The notes beneath the pieces are model-generated. The model saw nothing but the letters and a program-made list of their open reading frames with translations. It was not told the origin of the DNA and did no database searches. The position numbers and the translations under genes are program-made. A stretch of DNA of 64,000 bases, taken from positions 9,682,062 to 9,746,061 of the forward strand of contig NC_057750.1 of NCBI RefSeq assembly GCF_004010195.1, written 5' to 3'. This document shows positions 48,766 to 61,620 of the stretch, in pieces (the first letter of the stretch is position 1; each line of letters starts with the position of its first letter). This stretch comes from Chiloscyllium plagiosum. Taxonomy: Eukaryota.

Positions 48766-51700
48766 AGAACATAGGACATTGAACATTACAGAACAGGAGC
48801 AGGCCCTTCGGCCCACAATGCTGGACATGATGCCTAATCCCTTCTGCCTGCCCTTGGTCCATATCCCTCCATTTTAGAGTGGCGCTGGAAAAGCACAGCA
48901 GGCCAGACAGCATCCGAGGAGCAGGAAAATCAACGTTTCGGGCGAAAGAAGGGCTGAAATGTTGATTTTCCTGCTCCTCAGATGCTGCCTGACCTGCTGT
49001 GCTTTTCCAGCATCACTCTAATCTTGACTCTGATCTCCAGCATCTGCAGTGCTCATTTACACCATATCCCTCCATTCCTTGCATATCCATGCGTTTATCG
49101 AAAAGCCCCTTAAATGCCCCTACCATGTCTGCCTCCACCACCATCCCCTGGCAGCGTGTTCCAGACTCCTACCACGCCCTGTGAAAAAACTTACCCCCTC
49201 CTACCTCCTTTGAACCTTCCCCCTCTCACCTTAAATATGTGCCTCCGAGTATTAGACATTTCAACTCTGGGAAAAAGATTCCAACCGTCAACCCTATCTC
49301 TGCGTTTTATAATTTTACAGACTTCTATCAGGTCTCCCCTCAGCCTCCAGAGAAAATAACCCGAGTTTTTCTAACCTTTCCTTCCAGCTCATTCCCTCTA
49401 ATCCGGGCAACATTCTGGTAAGCCTCTTCTGCACCCTCTCCAAACCTCCGCATCCTTCCTATCATGTGGCGACCAGAATTGAACACAATGCTCTAAGTGT
49501 GGCCTAACCGAAGTCTTATAAAGCTGCAGTATGACATCCTGACTCTTCTACTTATTTCACCGCCCAACAAAGGTAAGCATGCCCATATGCCTTCTTTACC
49601 ATCCTATCTACTTGCATGGCCAGCTTTGGGGAACTATGGACTTCAACTCCAAGATCCCTCTGTCCATCAATGCTATGCAGAGTCCCTGCCACAAACTGTA
49701 CACTTTTCCTTAATATTTGATCTCCCAGAGTTCAGCACCTCACACTTGACCGGATTAAACTCCACCTGCCATTTCTTTGCCCATATCTGCAACTGCTCTT
49801 AAGCCGGTGTAACCTTTGACAACCCTCTACAGTACCCACAATTCCACAGATCTTTGTATTGTCTACAATCTTACCCACTTTCATCCAAGTCCCTTATATA
49901 AACGGTATCACAAACAGCAGGGGTCCCAATACAGATCCTTATGGAATATCACTAGTCACAGACCTCTAGCTTGAAAAACTACCCTTCCACCACAACCCCT
50001 CTGTCCTCTATGGGTTCTATGCCAAGTCACTGTGGATCCCATACATCTTAATCTTCTGGATGAGCCTACCATGAGGAAACTAGTCGAAAACCTTACTAAA
50101 ATCCATGTAGACGACTCCACTGCTCTCCCCTCATCGACCACCTTCGTCACTTCCTCGAAAAATTCAATCAAGTTAGTAAGACATGACCTGCCCTTCACAA
50201 AACCATGCTGACTGTCCCCTAATTAGGCAATGTTTTTCCAAATGTGTTTAAATCCTATCCCTAAGAATTCTCTCCAATAGCTTCTCAACCACCGATGTGA
50301 GACTCACCGGTCTATAATTTCCTGGATTATCCCTATGTCCCATCTTGAACAGAGGAGTAACATTAGCTACTCACCAGTCCTCCAGCACCTCTCCAGTGGC
50401 TAATGAGGAAAGAAAGATTTTGATCAATCTCTTATCCTGCATCTCTCCATAACCTGGGGGAGATACTATCGGGGAGGAAGTGAGGACAGCAGATGCTGAA
50501 GATCAGAGTTGGAAGTGTAGTGCTGGAAAAGCACAGCAGGTCAGGCAGCATCTGAGGAGCAGGAGAATCGATGTTTTGGGCATAAACCCTTCATCAACTT
50601 ATGCCTGAAAAGCCAATTCTTCTGCGCCTCGGATGCTGCCTGACCTGTGTTTTTCCAGCACCACACTCTCGACTAGATACCATCACGCCTTGGGGTCTTA
50701 TCCACCTTAATTCTCTTCAAGAGACCCAACACCACTTCTTTCCTGATCTCAAAAATGCCCCAGCATATATTCGCATGCTCCACACTGACCTCATTATCCT
50801 CCATATCCTTCTCCTGGATGAATACCGACGCAAAATACTCATTAACAATCTCACCCATATCCTCTGCCTCCATACACAAGTTCCCTCCTTTATCCCTGAG
50901 TGGTCCTACCTTCTCCCCCGTTATCCCCTTGTTTTTAATGTATGGATAAAATGTCTTGGAATTCACTTTAATCCTACTTGCCAAGATCATTTCATCCCAC
51001 ATCCAACCTTCCAACTCAGCACCGCCCTCTTGACCTGTCCGACCTGTCCACTTCCTTCCCACCTATCTGCTCCACCCTCCTCTCTGACCTATCACCATCA
51101 CCACCCCCACCTTCATCTACCGATCGCATTCCCAGCTACCTTGCCCACCCCCACCCTCTCCCATTTATCCCTCAGCCCTCTTCGAACCCTCACATTCCTG
51201 ATGAAGAGCTTATGCCCGAAACATCCACTCTCCTGCTCCTCAGATGCTGCCTGACCTGCTGTGCTTTTCCAGCACCATACTCTCGACTCTGATCTCTAGT
51301 ATCTGCAGTCCTCACTTTTTCCAAGGTAATTTCATGGTCCCTCCTTGCTCTCCTAATTCCGATGTATGGAAACAGGCCCTTTGGTTCAACAAGTCCACAC
51401 TGACCGTCCAAAGGGTAACCCACCCAGATCCATTCTCCTACCCTATATTTACCCCTGACTAATGCACTTAACACTATGGGCAATTTAGCATGGCCAATTC
51501 ACCTGACCTGCACCTCTTTGGACTGTGGGAGGAAACCGGAGCACCCGGAGGGGACCCACGCAGAGAATGTGCAAACTCCACACAGACAGCTGCCCGAGGC
51601 TGGAATCGAATCTGGGATCCTGGCGCTGTGAGGCAGCAGTGCTAACCACTGAGCCACCGTGCCATCCTGCTTGAGTTCTTTCCTGCCCTCTTTATACCCT

Positions 51701-53935
51701 CTTTATATTCCTCATGGACCCTGTCCAAGTTTAGCTTCCTGAACCTTACACACACTCCTTTTTCCCTTTTTACTAAATTCACACCCTCCCTCATTATCCG
51801 AGAGTTCCTTACCTTGCTGTCCTTGCCCTCCCTCCTTACTGGAACGTGCCAGTCCTGAACTCTCATTAACAGGTCTGTAAACAGTTCCCACATGTCAAAT
51901 GTGGATGTGCCTGTTAACATACTCCTGCCAATTAACATTCCCTAGCTCCTGCCTAACACTGATGTAATTTGCTCTCCCCCAATGTAGTACCTTCCGGCAA
52001 GTTCTGGACTTATCTTTACTTGTAGCTATCTTAAAACATATGGAATTGTGATCACTGTTTCTGAAAAGCTCTTCCTCTGAAAGGTCAGTCACCTGACCAG
52101 GCTCATTAGAGTCATAGACTCATAGAGATGTACAGCATGGAAACAGACCCTTCGGTCCAACCTGTCCATGCCAACCAAATATCCCAACCCAATCTAGTCC
52201 CACCTGCCAGCACCCAGCCCATATCCCTCCAAACCCTTCCTATTCATATACCCATCCAAATGCCTCTTAAATGTTGTAATTGTACCAGCCTCCACCACTT
52301 CCTCTGGCAGCTCATTCCATACACGCACCACCCTCTGCGTGAAAAAGTTGCCCCTTATGTCGCTTGTACTCAGGCAGCACGGTGGCTCAGTGGTTAGCAC
52401 TGCTGCCTCACAGCGGCAGGGTCCCAGGTTCAATTCTAGTCTCGGGCGACTGTCTGTGTGGAGTTTGCACATTCTCTGAGTGGGGGAGCTCCGGTTTCCT
52501 CCCACATTCTAAAGATGTGCAGGTTGGGTAAATTGGCCATGCTAAATTGTTCCTAGTGTTAGGTGCAGTAGTCAGAGGAAAATGGGTCTGGGTGTTTACT
52601 CTTCGGATGGTCGGTGTGGACTGGTTGGGCCTGTTTCCACACTGTGGGGAATCTAATCTATATCTTTCCCCTCTCACCCTAAACCTATGCTCTCTAGTTC
52701 TGGACTCCCTGACCCCAGGGAAAAGACTTTGTCTATTTATCCTATCCATGCCCCTCATGATTTTGTAAACCTCCATAAGGTCACCCCTCAGCCTCCGATG
52801 CTCCAGGGAAAACAGCCCCAGTCTGTTCAGCCTCTCCCTATCGCTCAGATCCTCCAACCCTGGCAACCTCATTAGCCAATACAAGGCCCAGTATGGCCCT
52901 TCCTCTAGTTGGATTATCCACATACTGTTTCAAGAAACCCTCTTGGATGCTCTTAACAAATTCTGCCCAGTCTAAGCCTCTTGCTGTAAGAGAGTCCCAG
53001 TCAATATTGGGGATGTTAACGTCACCCACTGTGACAACCCTGTGGTTATCGTATCTTTCCATAATCTGTCTAGATGTTTGTTCCTCAATCTCTCGGTAGC
53101 TGTTGGGGGCCTTTGGTATAATCCCGTCAGAGTGATTGCACCCTTCTTATTCTTGAGTTCTACCCATACTGCCTCAGTGGATGCGCCCTCCGATATATCC
53201 TGCAGACGTAATATTCTTCCTCATTAGTAATGCAACTCCTCCACCTCTTTTACCTCACTCTCTGCCTCATCTTAAAACAACAAAACCCTGGAACATTAAG
53301 CAGCCAGTGCTGTCCCTATGTCAACCAAGTCTCTGTAATGGCTACAACATCATAGTCCCATGTACTGATCCAGGCTCGAAGCTCATCTGCCTTACCCATA
53401 GTGCTCCAGTCCAGTCCATTAGGACCATTGTGTTCATTTATCTGTCTCTGCCAGATTAGATTAGATTAGATTCCCTACAGTGTGGAAACAGGCCCTTCGG
53501 CTCAACAAGTCCACACTGACCCTCCAAAGAGTAAGCCACCCAGACCCATTCCCCTAACTAACGCACCTAACACCATGAGCAATTTAGCACGGCAAATCCA
53601 CCCTGACCTGCACATCTTTGTGACTGTGGGGGGAATCCCACACAAACACGGGGAGAACGCACAAACTCCACACAGACAGTCGCCCGAGGCTGGAATCGAA
53701 CCTGGGTCCCTGGCGCCGTGAGGCAGCAGTGCTAAGCACTGAGCCCCCGTGGCACCCACAAGCCACTATGCCAGTCCTTCCTTTCTGACTTACCCAGTCC
53801 AGACATCTACCTTCCCCTCAATCTGTCGACTTGCTGACCCCCTGCTCTGGTTCCCATCCCCCCGCCACTCTCGTTTAAACCCTCCGGAGTAGCACTCGTG
53901 AACCTCCCTGTGAGGATATTGGCTCCCCTCCAAGA
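48766..53935 (-). mobile_element. Long decayed CR1 LINE (tail, RT, endonuclease, probable ORF1 end) broken by many younger insertions
   Basis: Collinear motifs GRSCLTNLIEFFEEVTKVVDEG (~50.1 kb), LASRIKVNSKTFYPYI (~50.95 kb), SDHNSICF (~52.05 kb), VVTVGDVNIPNIDW (~53.0 kb). Confidence 0.75.
50995..51320 (+). mobile_element. Neptune-type PLE 3' tail with hammerhead motif at ~51195-51227
   Basis: C-rich tail homologous to 45860-46040(-), then CATTC-CTGATGA-AGAGCTTATGCCC-GAAA. Confidence 0.8.
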
Positions 53936-55296
53936 TATTGGTGGACTCTTAAACTGTCCCCTGAGCAATTAGGGATGGACAATAAAAGCTGGGCCTAGCT
54001 AGCGACGCCCTCATCCTGTGAATGAATAAAAAAACATTTAGAATAGTAGAACTTTCAAGGACATAAGGAGGCCATTCAACCTATTAGATCTATACAATCA
54101 CAAGGACCAGACTCTCTTATTCCCATCGCTTTTCCCTTTCCCCCTGCATCAATTGGCACAGTGGCTCAGTGGTTAGCACTGCTGCCTCACAGCACCAGGG
54201 TCCCAGGTTCAATTCCAGCCTCAGGCAACTGTCTGTGTGGCATTTGCATATTTTCCCTGTGGGTGTGCTCTGGTTTCCTCCCACAGTCACAACGATGTGC
54301 AGGTTAGGGTGGGTTGGCCGTGCTAAATTGCCCGTAGTGTTAGGTGCGTTAGTTAGAGGGAAATGGATCTGGGTGGGTTACTCTTCGGAGGGTCAGTGTG
54401 GATTGGTTGGGCCGAAGGGCCTGTTTCCACACTGTAGGGAATCTAATCTAAATTTCCCTTTAATGGATTTGGCTTCAAACTGCTTTTTATTTTGGCTTCG
54501 GACATTGCATATCCAAACAATTGTATTTAAACAAAAATCTCCTTTAGTCCATTAGGAGCTGATTGTAAATCCATCTCCTCCAATTACCAGGCAAGGGGAA
54601 ATAGTTCCTTCCGTTTATTTTTTCAAACGCTGCTTAATCAGATTTATATAGTGCCTTTGACATTGAGATGTTTTGTAGGAATGCAAACAGATGTTGGGAG
54701 AGTGGGGCAACGGACTGATTTTGCCCAGTTGTGGGGCTATAAGGACTCAGATTCCTGATGAAGGGCTTATACCCGAAACATCCATTCTCCTGCTCCTGGG
54801 ATGCTGCCTGACCTGCTGTGCTTTTCCAGCACCACACTCTGGACTCTGACCTCCAGCATCTGCAGTCCCCACTTTCACCTATAAGGACCCAGACAGTTTT
54901 ACTAGGGCAAGAGCAGTTGGAGTTTGGAGATATTGCTCCCAATTGTGAGGGTGAGTGAGTAAAGCCAGACTCACCCTCCTCTCGCAGAATCCCTACAGTG
55001 TGGAAGCAGACCATTCGGCCCATCAAGTCCACACGACCCTCTGAAGAGCATCCCACCCAATCCCTGTAACCCTGCATTTCCCCTGACTAACCTACACATT
55101 CCTGGACACTATGGGACGATTTAGCTTGGCCAATCCACCCTGACCTGCACATCTTTGGACTGTGGGAGGAAACCGGAGCACCCGGAGGAAACCCACACAG
55201 ACACGGGGAGAATGTGCAAACTATACACGGACAGTCGCCCGAGGGTGGAATCGAACCCAGGTCCCGGGAGACAGCAGTGCTAACCACTGAGCCACA
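51360..55296. mobile_element. Five further HE1 SINE copies (~51360-51664 -, 52373-52660 +, 53454-53756 -, 54156-54450 +, 54988-55296 -)
   Basis: Each shows the HE1 head, V core and tail; the span also contains other repeats. Confidence 0.85.
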
Positions 55297-56944
55297 GTTT
55301 CTGGCCCTCCTGCTCATGCCTGAGTTCCCACATCGCCCATGTTTAGTGGACGGGGTCAGGGTGGGGTGAGGCGGGGGGCATTTCCAGCCCCAAGCTCTGG
55401 AATGGAAAACTCTGCCTGCTTGTCCTCCCGTTGCACCTGCTAAAGGCGCTATATCAAAGTAGATTAGATGCTGACGTGGAGCAAAGGATGGAGCGTGCAA
55501 ATGCCGGACGAGAGAGGTGCGGGAGGAAGCCATTCAGCCCCTTTAGGGTCATACAGCATGGAAACAGACCCTTCGGCCCAACACATCCATGTCAACTAGG
55601 TTTCCCAAACCGACCTAGCTCCATTTGCCAGCACCTGGCCCATATCCCTCCAAACCCTTCCTATTCATACCCACCCAGGCGCCTTTTAATTTAGTAATTG
55701 TACCAGCCTCCACCACTTCTTCTGGCAGCTCATTCCATACCCGCACCACCCTCTGTGTGAAAAAGTTGCCCCTCAGGTCCCTTTTAAGTCTTTCCCCTCT
55801 CACTTTAACCTATTGTAAATTACAACATTTAAAAGGCATCTGGATAGGAAGGCATCATGGACGAGGCCAGCCCATCCCTAATTGCCCAGAGGGCAGTTAA
55901 GAGTCAACCCCATTGCTGTGGGTGTGGAGTCACATGTAGGTCAGACCAGGTAAGGATGGCAGTTTCCTTCCCTAAGAGACATTAGTGACCCAGATGCGTT
56001 CCCCTTCAATCATTTCATGGTTATCATTAGACTCTTAAAGCTAGATTATTATTGAATTCAAATGCCTCCATGGTGGGATTTAAACCCAAGTCCCCAGGCC
56101 ATTACCTGGACCTCTGGAGCAATAGTGCTTGTAATCATACCACTAGGCCATCACTTTCCCATTTAGACTGGGTAAAGTCAGCAGAGTGCAAAGGTTTCTA
56201 ATGAAGGGACTGGAAACGTGAACTCTGTTTTCCTCAGTACAGATACTGCCAGAGCTGCTGAGTTTCCCCAGCAATTTCTCTTACAGTTCAGTAGGACTGG
56301 CTGCCTCGTTGCAGAGAGAGAGAGAGACGACTGCTGGTGGTTTAATCTGAGGGTCACCACACCTTGGGCAAGGTTGAGAAGGAGATGTAACTCTCTTTTC
56401 TTTATTTCGTGCCTCAGATGGCACCGTGAGGGGCGACATTGTAAACCTTCCACTGTACTCCTGTCCTTGAGTACGTGGGACAATAAACCTAATTCTATTT
56501 CCAATTTCACAGTAAATTGAGCTGACGCAGGAATTGAACCCTTGCCATTGGCGTCACTCTCTATTGCAAGCCAGCCATCCCAGCTAACCAATCCTCCTGC
56601 TTTGAGGGTTAAAGTTATACAGTGTAAGAGTCGCTTAAAAACAGGGACAACGTGTTGGTGTGTCCATTTATAGAAAACACCACCACCTACAGTCAATGGG
56701 GCAGAACTGCAGGAGAGCAGCTATTGTGATCCTCCCAGGAACTGGGAATGAAGGATCTGCAAGGCACCGTCTTTTCCACAACCCAGGAAAACTGCATGTC
56801 CTCTGTCGCTAACAAGTCTGGCCACGTTTGCCAACTTTATCACCACAGACCTAGATTGAAATAATCACCAGATTAGTCTGTTTTAACCACTGTGGTTGAG
56901 GGATAAGGTTCAGAGAAATCTGTTCCCCTTGCCTTCCCTCCCCT

Positions 56945-57880
56945 TCCCACGGCACCTTCCCAAGTAACCGCAAAAAGTGCCAACACCTGCCCCTTCGACT
57001 CCTCCCTGCTCACCATCTAAGGGTCTAAATAGTCTTCCCAGATGAAGCAGAATTTTACCAGTACCTCCTCCAATTGGGTACATTGTATTCCCTGCACACA
57101 GTGTGGCCTACTCTACATCGGAGAAACCAAACGCAGACTGGGTGACCGCTTTGTGGAACACCTCCGGTCCATGCACAAGCAGGACCCTGACCTTCCCTAG
57201 CCGGTCAATTTTAACCCAGCGTCCTGCTCGCTTGCTCACGTGTCTGTCCTCGGCGTGCTGCAGTGTTCCACTGAATCCCAGCGCAAACTGGAGGAACAAC
57301 ATCTCATCTTCAGACCAGGTTAAATATCACACAACGCCAGGTTATAGTCCAACAGGTTTATTTGCAAGTACTAGCTTTCAGGAGATTCAGACACTCCAAA
57401 CTCTTGTAAATAAACCTGTTGGACTATAACCTGGTGTTGTGTGATTTTTAACTTAGTCCATCCCAGTCCAACGCCGGCATCTCCACATTTACAGACTAGG
57501 GACTTGACAACCTTCTGGACTTAATATTGAGTTCAACACCTTCAGATTGTGAACCCATTCCTCCCCTTCCTTTTAGCTTTCCGTGTCACGTTCCCTGTCA
57601 CCACGTTCCCTCTCCCCTCCCCTCAAATCCAACCCTGTCCTTCCCAGTCTGACAGGTTAGACACACCATTGTTCTGCCATTCTGAATATTTAACCTGTGC
57701 TATCAGCACCCTCTCCCCCCCAGCACTCCACCACACCCTCCCTCCCCTACTGTATAAATGCTGACCCCCCTCCATACCTCATGTCAGCTCTGATGAAGAG
57801 TACATCTAGACTCGAAGCATTAGGTTGCTCTCCCTCTGTGGTTGCTACCTGACCCGCTGTGATCTCCAGCATTTGTTGTT
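56945..57880 (+). mobile_element. PLE GIY-YIG fragment with nested family-B fold-back (~57318-57490), copy 1
   Basis: CIPCTQCGLLYIGETKRRLGDRFVEHLRS motif; ends in CTCTGATGAAGAGT...ACTCGAAG. Confidence 0.85.
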
Positions 57881-58284
57881 TGCGATAAGTCTGTCCCTCT
57901 CCCCATCTTGCCTGCATTGAGACGGAGAGAAACTTCTTTGCTCAGAGAGTGGTGAAGCGATGAAATTCTCCTCCCACAGAGTCCTCTGGATGGTTCATGA
58001 GATTTAAGTCCAGAGAAGAGAGAGAGAGAGAGAGAAAGTGATCACTTGGGGAATCGAGCATTTACCGAGTGGATGAGAAAGTGGAGTTGAAGTTTAAGAG
58101 CAACCACAGTCATTTCAAATGGGGAGAGGGTTGGCTGGATGGGCACAATGGTCTCCACTGGACTGAGGAGCGAATGCTCACTGTGTTGGTCACCTTCACA
58201 GGTTAATTGGTAGGACAGACAGGAATAGAGTTAGAACGTTTTGCATTTAGAGAGCACCGTTCCCAACCACTGAACACCTCATAG

Positions 58285-58830
58285 GGCCATAGAGATGTAC
58301 AGCACAGAAACAGACCCGTCAGTCCAACTCGTCCATGCTGACCAGATATCCTAAATTAATCTAGTCCCATTTGCCAGCAGTTGGTCCATATCCCTCCAAA
58401 CCCTTCCTATTCATATACCCATCCAGATGCCTTTAAATGCTGTAATTGTACCAGCCTCCACCACTTCCTCTGGCAGCTCATTCCATACACGTACCACCCT
58501 CTGCGTGAAAAAGTTGCCCCTCAGGCCCCTTTTAAATCTTGCCCCCCTCAACCTAAACCTAGTTCTGGACTCCCCCACCCCAGGGAAAATAACTTGTCAA
58601 TTTACCCTATCCATGCCCCTTATGACTTTATAAACCTCTATAAGGTCCCCCCCTCAGCCTCCGACACTCCAAGGAAAACAGCCCCAGTCTATTCAGCCTC
58701 TCCCTACAGCTCAAACCCTCCAATCCCGGCAACATCCTTATAAATCTTTTTAGGTTCATAGAGCTGTACAGTATGGAAACAGACCCTTCAGTCCAACTCG
58801 TCTAGATAAATCTGAACCCTTTCAAGTTTA
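58285..58830 (-). mobile_element. HER1/CR1 3' fragment
   Basis: Standard tail and ORF2 C-terminal sequence. Confidence 0.85.
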
Positions 58831-60185
58831 AAAATCTTTATAAAATGTACACATAAGATGCAATTTTCAATGCGTTGGTGTTGTCAATGGCTCAGTTGGG
58901 AGCATTTCTGGACAAATGATAGAGAGATTAAGCCCTAGTTAAATGATTGATTAACCTCTAGTTAAACAGTGGAGAGATTGAGCCCAAGTTAAATGGTAGA
59001 GAAGTTAAGTCCTAGTTAAACACTAAACACACACCTAGTGCAATGCAGGGGGAGCTCTGCATAAGCAAAACACCCAGCTACCCTACCAGACAATGTCGAA
59101 GATCCTACGACACGATTCAAAGAGGCACTGCAATATTTCTCCCTCAACCTTTTATTAATCTGATCATCACACACTCCTTGTGGGAGCTTACTGTGTGTAA
59201 ATCGGGTCGCTTGCTACCTACATTGCAACAGTGACTGTACGACCAAAGACTTCATTGTTTGTAACATATCTTGAAGCCAGTTAAAGAGAACAGCATTATG
59301 TCAGTACCATCAACCCTCTCTCTCGAACGAGAGGGTAGGTCTGAGACTATGGCAGCTTTACTTTTAAGCTTGAGACGTGTGTAATCCAATCCTGATATCG
59401 TTTCTCAAGTTAAACTTTCAGTGAAGTCTGAGTCGTTCAGTTATCTGAGTGACTCAAAGTAAGAATACCACAAAATAGAAATTAAAATTGAATTCCGAAT
59501 TCAGTGGTGCTTAATGAAGAGCAGACGACACAACATATGAACAGCTGTGGCGGTCTGCTACTGACTGTGGTTCTAAGATACACCAAATGGAAATTGCTCA
59601 ACAGCTCTTTTACAAACTTGTTTTTCTCACAAGTTCCAAATTTGCAAGACCTCAATTTATGGTTTTCTTCAGGTCTTGTTCGAAACCAGCCTGAGCTGTG
59701 GTCTCAGATGTGATGCAAATCACTTCGCACAAATCCATATGGCAACAATTTCTTTCATCTGTGGCTGAGAGTTAATGTGCAGTGCTGACAGGCAATTATT
59801 CTGTCTTGTCGCTTCTGAGCAGATACAGTTTCCTGGAAAATAAGTGTCACCTCAGAAACTCTAGGACGTGCCAGGTAAACACAAAAGGCCGCTCTGTATG
59901 ACTAACCTCTTGAATTGTTCAAAATAGTTTAGCTCTCTCTTGTCCACATTGAAGAATAGTGCACATGGATCACAATGCGAAAGAACGTTAGAACATTGTG
60001 TGCAACTGCTGAGAAACATATTAACCTCTTACAAGATTCCAGGACCGGTAACATTAATGTAGCATCTTATTTCATCCCTGGGGCTCATGAAATTCCCATT
60101 TTTCTTCTGATGTGCATCCACAGTGGCTCTGCAATGAATTGCCCTAAAACGGTGTTTTCTTAATCACAAGGTGACCTTAAAGGAG

Positions 60186-61085
60186 CTCCCTGCTTACCAT
60201 CTAAATAGTCTTCCCAGGTGAAGCAGCACTTTACCAGTACCTCCTCCAACCGGGTGCACTGTATTCCCTGCACACAGTGTGGCCTACTCTACATTGGAGA
60301 AACCAAACGCAGACTGGGTGACCGCTTTGTGGAACACCTCCGGTCCATGCACAAGCAGGACCCTGACCTTCCCGTAGCCGGTCATTTTAACCCAGCGTCC
60401 TGCTCGCTTGCTCACGCGTCTGTCCTCGGCGTGCTGCAGTGTTCCACTGAATCCCAGCGCAAACTGGAGGAACAACATCTCATCTTCAGACCAGGTTAAA
60501 TATCACACAACACCAGGTTATAGTCCAACAGGTTTATTTGCAAGTACTAGCTTTCACGAGATTCAGACACTCCAAACTCTTGTAAATAAACCTGTTGGAC
60601 TATAACCTGGTGTTGTGTGATTTTCAACTTAGTCCACCCCAGTCCAACGCCGGCATCTCCACACTTACAGACTAGGGACTTGACAACCTTCTGGACTTAA
60701 TATTGAGTTCAACACCTTCAGATTGTGAACCCATTCCTCCCCTTCCTTTTAGCTTTCCGTGTCACGTTCCCTGTCACCACGTTCCCTCTCCCCTCCCCTC
60801 AAATCCAACCCTGTCCTTCCCAGTCTGACAGGTTAGACACACCATTGTTCTGCCATTCTGAATATTTAACCTGTGCTATCAGCACCCTCTCCCCCCCCAG
60901 CACTCCACCACACCCTCCCTCCCCTACTGTATAAATGCTGACCCCCCTCCATACCTCATGTCAGCTCTGATGAAGAGTCATCTAGACTCGAAGCATTAGC
61001 TTGCTCTCCCTCTGTGGTTGCTACCTGACCCGCTGTGATTGCCAGCATTTGATGTTTTCAGTGCCGATTCCAGCCTCTGCAATCA
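60186..61085 (+). mobile_element. PLE GIY-YIG fragment with identical nested fold-back, copy 2
   Basis: ORF 60218-60499 (LLYIGETKRRLGDRFVEHL...RKLEEQHLIFR); near-identical to 57002-57880. Confidence 0.9.
60963..61001 (+). ncRNA. Degenerate hammerhead motif (family C)
   Basis: AGCU-CUGAUGA-A-GAGUC(AUCUA)GACUC-GAAG-CAUU-AGCU; stems I and II intact, GAAA mutated to GAAG. Confidence 0.55.
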
Positions 61086-61620
61086 CTTGTTCTCACCTTA
61101 AAGAAAATATGCTTTTCCCATTGTTTATTTGAGGATGTTCAGGTTCCACCTTGAACTGCTTAAAAAGGCATTTGGCATTGCTCAGACCATTGAGTATAGC
61201 AGTTGGGACGTCATGTTGAGGTTGTACAGGACATTGATGAGGCCTCTTCTGGAATACTGTGTCCCTTTCTGGTCGCCCTGTTATAGGAAGGATATTATTA
61301 AGGTGGGGAGGGTTCAGAAGAGACTTACCTGGATGTTGCTGGGAGGTTTGACTCATATCAAAAGGCTGGGACTCTTTTCACTGAAGAGTAGGAGGTTGAG
61401 AGGCAGCCTGATAGAATTTATAAAATAACAAGGGGAATAGATAGAGTTAATGGTAGGTGTCTTTTCCCTGCACCCTCAAATAAATCGCAACTTATAGACT
61501 GATGGCATGAGTATGCCACAGGCCAAGATGGTGATGTTATATTTTGTAACCCTAGTCCGTGTGTGCAAAGCTGCTTCTGTGATTTGAAAGATTAGTTACA
61601 TGTTTGAACCTCCTTGGATA

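Noticed and set aside
3027..52660. Apparent targeting of HE1 into CR1 elements
   Set aside because: CR1 occupies so much of the window that frequent nesting is expected; no shared target motif was evident
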